64,000 bases of DNA from Polyangiaceae bacterium (GTDB taxonomy: Bacteria > Myxococcota_A > Polyangia > Polyangiales > Polyangiaceae). A model generated the notes under the pieces. The model was not told where the DNA came from. It ran no database searches and worked only from the letters and a program-made list of their open reading frames with translations. Shown here piece after piece: positions 59,542-64,000 of this stretch (position 1 is the stretch's first letter; every line of letters begins with the position of its first letter). Where the stretch lies: NCBI GenBank assembly GCA_050300635.1, contig JBNKYC010000016.1, positions 12,337 to 76,336 on the forward strand, written 5' to 3'. Position numbers and translations under genes: made by a program.

Positions 59542-60480
59542 GTGCTCATTCGCTACAACCCGTCCGTGAGTTTGAACAAAGCCCGAGCGCGGGCAGAAAA
59601 GATCGGGCTAAAGCTGAGATACGATGCTGACCCCGCCCTCTTGGCTGCGGCGGGAGCGCCTTTTACCCAGCTGGGTCTCGACGAACATACGGCCGAGTAC
59701 CTGCTAGCGAGTGAACAATTTCGCCACGGCACCTTCACAACGTGGATTCATCGCCTGATGCGCGGGTTCTGGTCTGATTTTGACATCAACGGAATACTGG
59801 GCACCTATCCAATGCACGTGCTGTCGAGGGCTCAATGGGAAACCCTCTTCGATACCGCCCGAGCCAGCGCGGACCAGAGTTCACTGTTAGCCCATAATGA
59901 CGAGTTCGGTAGACTGCTCGATATCGGCGCCGGCAGAGGTGATGCCACCGAGGAACTCGCCCCGCTCTTTGCTCAAGTGACGGTAACCGAAACGTCGAAG
60001 CACATGGCTCGTCGGCTTCGAAGCATGGGTTTTGAATGTCTGGCCGAAGACATCAGCAGTCGAGCCGATCTGCGCGCCCAGTTTGACGTAGTCAGCCTGC
60101 TTAACGTGCTCGATCGTTGCGACCGTCCCATGTCTCTTTTGGCGACAGCGCGCCAAGCGGTCAAACCTGGCGGACTGTTGCTCATCGCGCTGGTGCTTCC
60201 CTACAAGCCTTTCGTCTACGACAATGGACAACCGCGGGCGCCCGAGGAGCGTCTGGCTATCCGAAGCGCTCAGTTCGAAGTCGCCGCCGCCGAATTCGTC
60301 ACGCACTGTCTCTTGCCCCTCGGATTGACTCCCCTGACGCTGAGTCGCGCGCCTTATCTTTCGGGAGGAGATGCTCACGCTGCGCTCTACGAGCTCGACG
60401 ACCTCATCGTCGTCTGTCAGGTGGAGAGTAATATCGTGATTGTCGGCGAAAATATCGATGAGAAAAAAACCGAGACTTAA
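59542..60480 (+). CDS. DREV/METTL9-like class I SAM-dependent methyltransferase
   Basis: LLDIGAGRGDAT (motif I), FDVVSLLNVLDRCDRP, LIALVLPYKPFV, PYLSGGD and YELDDLIVV resemble the METTL9 family blocks as I recall them. The start is uncertain (GTG 59542, GTG 59566 or TTG 59497). The 59377 ORF start would overlap sodB. Confidence 0.6.
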   Translation: MLIRYNPSVSLNKARARAEKIGLKLRYDADPALLAAAGAPFTQLGLDEHTAEYLLASEQFRHGTFTTWIHRLMRGFWSDFDINGILGTYPMHVLSRAQWETLFDTARASADQSSLLAHNDEFGRLLDIGAGRGDATEELAPLFAQVTVTETSKHMARRLRSMGFECLAEDISSRADLRAQFDVVSLLNVLDRCDRPMSLLATARQAVKPGGLLLIALVLPYKPFVYDNGQPRAPEERLAIRSAQFEVAAAEFVTHCLLPLGLTPLTLSRAPYLSGGDAHAALYELDDLIVVCQVESNIVIVGENIDEKKTET

Positions 60481-60580
60481 GACTTTACACCGTCAGGGGA
60501 GCGCGCTAACTGCCCTCTCCCGGTTGTCGGGTCCCTCAAGGGGGCGCGACGCTGGCGAACCGAAAGGTTCATTGAGCAAC

Positions 60581-60664
60581 GCCGAAGTGGCGGAATTGGC
60601 AGACGCAGCGGATTCAAAATCCGCCGCCCTTAAAAGCGTGTCGGTTCGAGTCCGACCTTCGGCA
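60581..60664 (+). tRNA. tRNA-Leu (anticodon CAA), type II with long variable arm
   Basis: Acceptor stem GCCGAAG/CTTCGGC, anticodon stem-loop GCGGA-TTCAAAA-TCCGC and T-arm GTCGG-TTCGAGT-CCGAC. No CCA is encoded. Confidence 0.9.
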
Positions 60665-60670
60665 CTGCCT

Positions 60671-60710
60671 AAAAAGGATCCAGGTTTCTCACCGGGTCCT
60701 TTTTACTTTT
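60671..60710 (+). terminator. rho-independent terminator after the tRNA
   Basis: AAAAAGGATCC...GGGTCCTTTTT stem followed by ACTTTT. Confidence 0.7.
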
Positions 60711-60775
60711 GTACTCGACAAGCGCGCGACTAGAAGCCCCCTAGCGCAGCTAGGGGCAGAGAGCTAAGGTGTCCC

Positions 60776-61270
60776 ATGGCCGCTCGTAAAAGCTCGGCAT
60801 GGATCCCGGACCGACCAGACCCACGAGGCGCAGCCCCAGCGCGACTCGGCGATCTGCTCGTCGGAGTCGAGGCCTTCATGGCAAAAAAAACGGGAGCCGC
60901 CATCAGTCGAGAAGAGTGGCGAGCTCTCGTAGGAGAGCGGGTGGCCAATCGGACCCGAGTAGGCCGATTGAACCGGGGCCTGCTGACACTCCATGTTGCC
61001 ACCAGCGCCTGGAGCAACGAGCTCAGCTTCCTCAAACAGGACATTCTTTTTCGCCTCAAGGCTTCGGGGAAGCAAGTGCGCGATCTGCGCTTCGTCGTCG
61101 ACCAGCTGGAGCAACCAAAACCTCGCGCCTTCCACAAGGCGGAATCAACACCGCAACCCATCGAGAAGCTCCCCGACTCCCTTCTGAGTCGCTTGCAAGA
61201 GGTCGATGACCCCAATCTCCGCGCAGCGATTGCCCAAGCAGCTCGATACAGCCTTCGCAAGACCAGATAG
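60776..61270 (+). CDS. DUF721/DciA-like protein
   Basis: GLLTLHVATSAWSNELSFLKQDILFRLK resembles the DUF721 core. Confidence 0.6.
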   Translation: MAARKSSAWIPDRPDPRGAAPARLGDLLVGVEAFMAKKTGAAISREEWRALVGERVANRTRVGRLNRGLLTLHVATSAWSNELSFLKQDILFRLKASGKQVRDLRFVVDQLEQPKPRAFHKAESTPQPIEKLPDSLLSRLQEVDDPNLRAAIAQAARYSLRKTR

Positions 61271-61285
61271 TTTCTGAGTTTGAGC

Positions 61286-62035
61286 TCAGCGGAGCACGTG
61301 CTCTAGCCCCTCGAGCCTCTTGAGTACGAAACGCTCACCAGGGTCGTAGGTTTCCACCATCGGGCCCAGCACTGCCAGATAGTCGCGCAGAAGGGGCCGT
61401 GCCGAAGGCTCTTGGAGCCTGGGCCCCAAGGAATAAAGCAAGTTGACGGTCTCTGCATCCATGAGCCGGATCTTGGCGCCATAGAGGCGAAAGAGGCAAA
61501 TGACCCACCGGGACTTTCGAGTCAGCTCGGCAATTCGCATCGCGAAAATGGTCGTTTTCTCGAACTCATCAGCATTGATGCTACCGCCACTCTCGGCCCG
61601 CTCCACCAAAGCCTCCAGTTGTCGGCCAATGATGCGCTCGGCTTCGTCACCCCGGCCCATACTGATTGCCTTTTCGGCAAGGCCTCCCAAGACGCCAAAT
61701 GCGTCGGCCCGCGATGTGGTCTCGCGCTGGATCAAGGTCTCGGCTCGCCCCTTTCCCGCACGCCGGATCAGAACCATCTCTTGAAGGCCAACCCGGATCT
61801 TGTCGCCATGCTTGATCGCAAGCTGCCCCTGCACGCGCATATCGTTCAGGTACACACCATTGCGGCTGTTGAGATCCTCAAGCACGACTTCCTCCCCGCG
61901 CATCGCAATGAGTGCATGATGACGCGACGCGACGGGATCATCCAAACAGAGTTGGCAGTCCTCGCTCCTTCCGATGGTGAATCGGTCTTCCCCCAAAGGA
62001 AAATCTCGACCGGCGTAGCGAATGGCAAAGTTCAT
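61286..62035 (-). CDS. FHA domain protein
   Basis: FTIGRSEDCQLCLDDPVASRHHALI...LNSRNGVYLN is a canonical FHA domain, with a helical C-terminal domain. Confidence 0.8.
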   Translation of the reverse strand: MNFAIRYAGRDFPLGEDRFTIGRSEDCQLCLDDPVASRHHALIAMRGEEVVLEDLNSRNGVYLNDMRVQGQLAIKHGDKIRVGLQEMVLIRRAGKGRAETLIQRETTSRADAFGVLGGLAEKAISMGRGDEAERIIGRQLEALVERAESGGSINADEFEKTTIFAMRIAELTRKSRWVICLFRLYGAKIRLMDAETVNLLYSLGPRLQEPSARPLLRDYLAVLGPMVETYDPGERFVLKRLEGLEHVLR

Positions 62036-62889
62036 CGTGGGGCCTCGGGCGCCTCCGACATCGTCTTGAGGATCTCGATCGTCGCCTCGTCTGCAAGTTC
62101 ACCACCAGCCGCAGGCGGCCGTACACTGCGCACTACCGCGGTCACTGCCGGAGCCAGCGTGCTACGAGCGGAGGGTGGCAGACTGCCAAGTTGCTGACTG
62201 ATATCGAAACCGGGAACCAACCCGCGTTTAGAGTAGAGCCCCAATGCCCAGCGGGCCCACTCCACGTTTCCTGACTCACTTGAGAAGCGAATCGCCCCGT
62301 CCGCCAGCTGGTCCAAACGCCGACGATCCACTGAAACGGAAACTGAATCAAGCACATCGCGCGCCTGGATAAGCAGTCTTTCCAAATTGTCGCTCCGTCC
62401 CAAAGCTCGGGCACGATGGATGGTCTCGGCAACAAGCTCGATACTCCATGCTTGCTCCGTCGTGGTGGTCGGCTCGTCGCCCCCATCGTCCTTTTCAACC
62501 CCACAATGCGGGCACTCACCTGCTTCGGTCGAATAAGGCAGCCCGCAGCTACTGCAATGAATCATGAATCCAGTGGCAGGACGACGTGGAGCCGCCACGG
62601 TCGTCTCTTCGATGCGACGCAGGGTGAGCTCTTGGGTTCCGACGCGAAAACGAACGCCATCGCCAATCTCGATTCGCCCGCTGATCGTGCGACCGTTGAC
62701 TCGAATGCCGTTTCTTGATCCCGCGTCCTCGATGTAGACACGCTCCCGCTCGACGATGATGCGAGCGTGGCAGCGGGACACGAGCGGGTCGTCGATAGTA
62801 AGACCGCAACTGGCACTTCGTCCGATGACGAGCTCTCCCATAGGGAGGTCCATTTCGTGGAGGAGAAAACGCAGTCGGAATCGAGCCAA
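62032..62889 (-). CDS. FHA domain protein with zinc-ribbon (CXXC...CXXC)
   Basis: LVIGRSASCGLTIDDPLVSRCHARI...GSRNGIRVNG, then HCSSCGLPYSTEAGECPHCG. A TTG at 62889 gives an N-terminus parallel to its neighbour's. The ORF is open to 63033. ATGA overlap with the downstream FHA gene. Confidence 0.65.
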   Translation of the reverse strand: MARFRLRFLLHEMDLPMGELVIGRSASCGLTIDDPLVSRCHARIIVERERVYIEDAGSRNGIRVNGRTISGRIEIGDGVRFRVGTQELTLRRIEETTVAAPRRPATGFMIHCSSCGLPYSTEAGECPHCGVEKDDGGDEPTTTTEQAWSIELVAETIHRARALGRSDNLERLLIQARDVLDSVSVSVDRRRLDQLADGAIRFSSESGNVEWARWALGLYSKRGLVPGFDISQQLGSLPPSARSTLAPAVTAVVRSVRPPAAGGELADEATIEILKTMSEAPEAPR

Positions 62890-63180
62890 AGGAGCTGACC
62901 TTGAGATGGAGCAACCAGAATCAAAGATGATCCCGTGGGTGGCCAGTTTAATGGAAGCGAAAGGGCGGGTCAAAGATGGACGAGAGACGAATGACCAAGC
63001 CACCTGGTGCGACAGCGGAATGAAGTGTCGCACCTATGTAGTTTGACGAACCACACCGACCGTCGGGATACCTCTTGATTGCACCGTCAAGCCAGCTTTG
63101 GCCGTTTGTTCCCACGCCAAACCGTCGAACAATCGTCGGAATTATTAATGGCGGAGGGGCCTTATTCCCCCCCTGCAGAT

Positions 63181-64000
63181 TCAGCTGTTTCGATATGTCC
63201 GGAGAAACTCGCAGAGGGCATCAACGGACTCCAAAGGAACGGCATTGTATATCGACGCGCGCATACCGCCCACGATGCGATGGCCTTTAAGCCCCACCAG
63301 ACCAGCAGCAGTAGCGGCCGCTACGCAGGCTTTCTCGTCTTCCGCAGAAGGTAGGTTCCAAACAACATTCATAATCGAGCGGCTAGCTCGCTCCACCCGA
63401 AGAGAAAACAGATCGCTCCGTTCTTCGAGGACCGCATACAGGCGTCGAGCCTTTTCCTGGTTGCGCTCGTGCATCGCGGCAACACCTCCTTGAGCTTTCA
63501 CCCAAAGAAGAACATTGCGGAGCATGTAAACCCCAAAAGTCGGGATGGTATTCGACAGCGAGCGTGCCTCGGCCTGGGTTCGGTACTGGAAGATGAACGG
63601 AATATCTCTTCGGCCATTTTCGACAATCTCCTTGTGAGCGATCACGAGAGTGATACCGCTGGGACCCAGGTTCTTTTGTGCACCCGCATAGATAATGCCA
63701 CACTTGGAAACGTCGAGGGGGCGCCCCATGATGTCGCTCGACATATCCATCACCAGAGGCACACCGGGGCTTTCGGGGATCTCGTGAAATTGAGTCCCCA
63801 TGACCGTATTGTTGGTCGTAAGGTGAAGGAACGCAGCCTCAGGATCCAACTCCAACTCATCGGGGGCAGGAACGCGGAAGAACTTGCCGTCGGTTTCTTC
63901 GGTAGTCGCCGCGAGACGCGCCGCGCCCATGTGTTTGGCCTCCTTGATGGCCTTCTTCCCCCATACTCCCGTCACGACGTAGTCAGCGCTCTTGTTGGGG
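63181..64000 (-). CDS. serC: phosphoserine aminotransferase (5-prime end beyond the window)
   Basis: TTNNTVMGTQF, IYAGAQKNLGPSGITLVI and GLKGHRIVGGMRASIYNA. The reading frame stays open to the window edge. Confidence 0.9.
   Translation of the reverse strand, partial: PNKSADYVVTGVWGKKAIKEAKHMGAARLAATTEETDGKFFRVPAPDELELDPEAAFLHLTTNNTVMGTQFHEIPESPGVPLVMDMSSDIMGRPLDVSKCGIIYAGAQKNLGPSGITLVIAHKEIVENGRRDIPFIFQYRTQAEARSLSNTIPTFGVYMLRNVLLWVKAQGGVAAMHERNQEKARRLYAVLEERSDLFSLRVERASRSIMNVVWNLPSAEDEKACVAAATAAGLVGLKGHRIVGGMRASIYNAVPLESVDALCEFLRTYRNS

Noticed and set aside
60581-60664. tRNA-Leu as an integration site for a genomic island
   Set aside because: No integrase, no direct repeat of the tRNA 3-prime end and no compositional shift is visible downstream. 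The neighbours (DciA-like, FHA pair, serC) look like core genes.
1-64000. CRISPR arrays, prophage, restriction-modification or known defence systems
   Set aside because: I saw no regularly spaced direct repeats, cas-like genes, integrases, transposases, nuclease/helicase defence signatures or reverse transcriptases. The only tandem repeats are in-frame low-complexity coding repeats.

Overview
This is a moderately GC-rich bacterial chromosomal window, densely coding on both strands. Most of it is housekeeping: argB, an RluA-family pseudouridine synthase, purH, dinB, pyrR-pyrB, murI, hom, lon, fmt, sdhCAB, sodB, bcp, a serC fragment and one tRNA-Leu(CAA). The accessory genes suggest a Myxococcota/Bradymonadia-like lineage, an inference from domain repertoire only. 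They include a REC+DUF4388 regulator with a huge Pro-rich tail, an MJ0042 zinc-ribbon/GYF protein, an FHA pair, a Myxococcus-type Cys-rich repeat protein, many lipoproteins and a DUF4159/BatA-like/HEAT operon. I saw no prophage, integrase, transposase, CRISPR array, restriction system or recognisable defence island, and I cannot support a novel multi-gene system here. The most unusual signal is a 199-bp element present twice (9184-9382 and 56865-57063). By manual alignment the copies are 183/199 identical with no indels. Each is bounded by CTAG and has a long terminal helix plus an internal 13-bp hairpin that carries a compensatory double substitution. Each copy also abuts a minus-strand gene and supplies its TAG stop. 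Secondary items are:
- an Hsp70 with a ~550-aa disordered insert and a J-protein partner;
- a bacterial METTL9/DREV-like methyltransferase;
- a peroxiredoxin with a histone-H1-like tail;
- a rhomboid and an alpha/beta-hydrolase that both lack their canonical nucleophile motif;
- a trio of TCCATGGA palindromes in an AT-rich divergent promoter region.
All family assignments come from motif recognition by eye. No searches were run.
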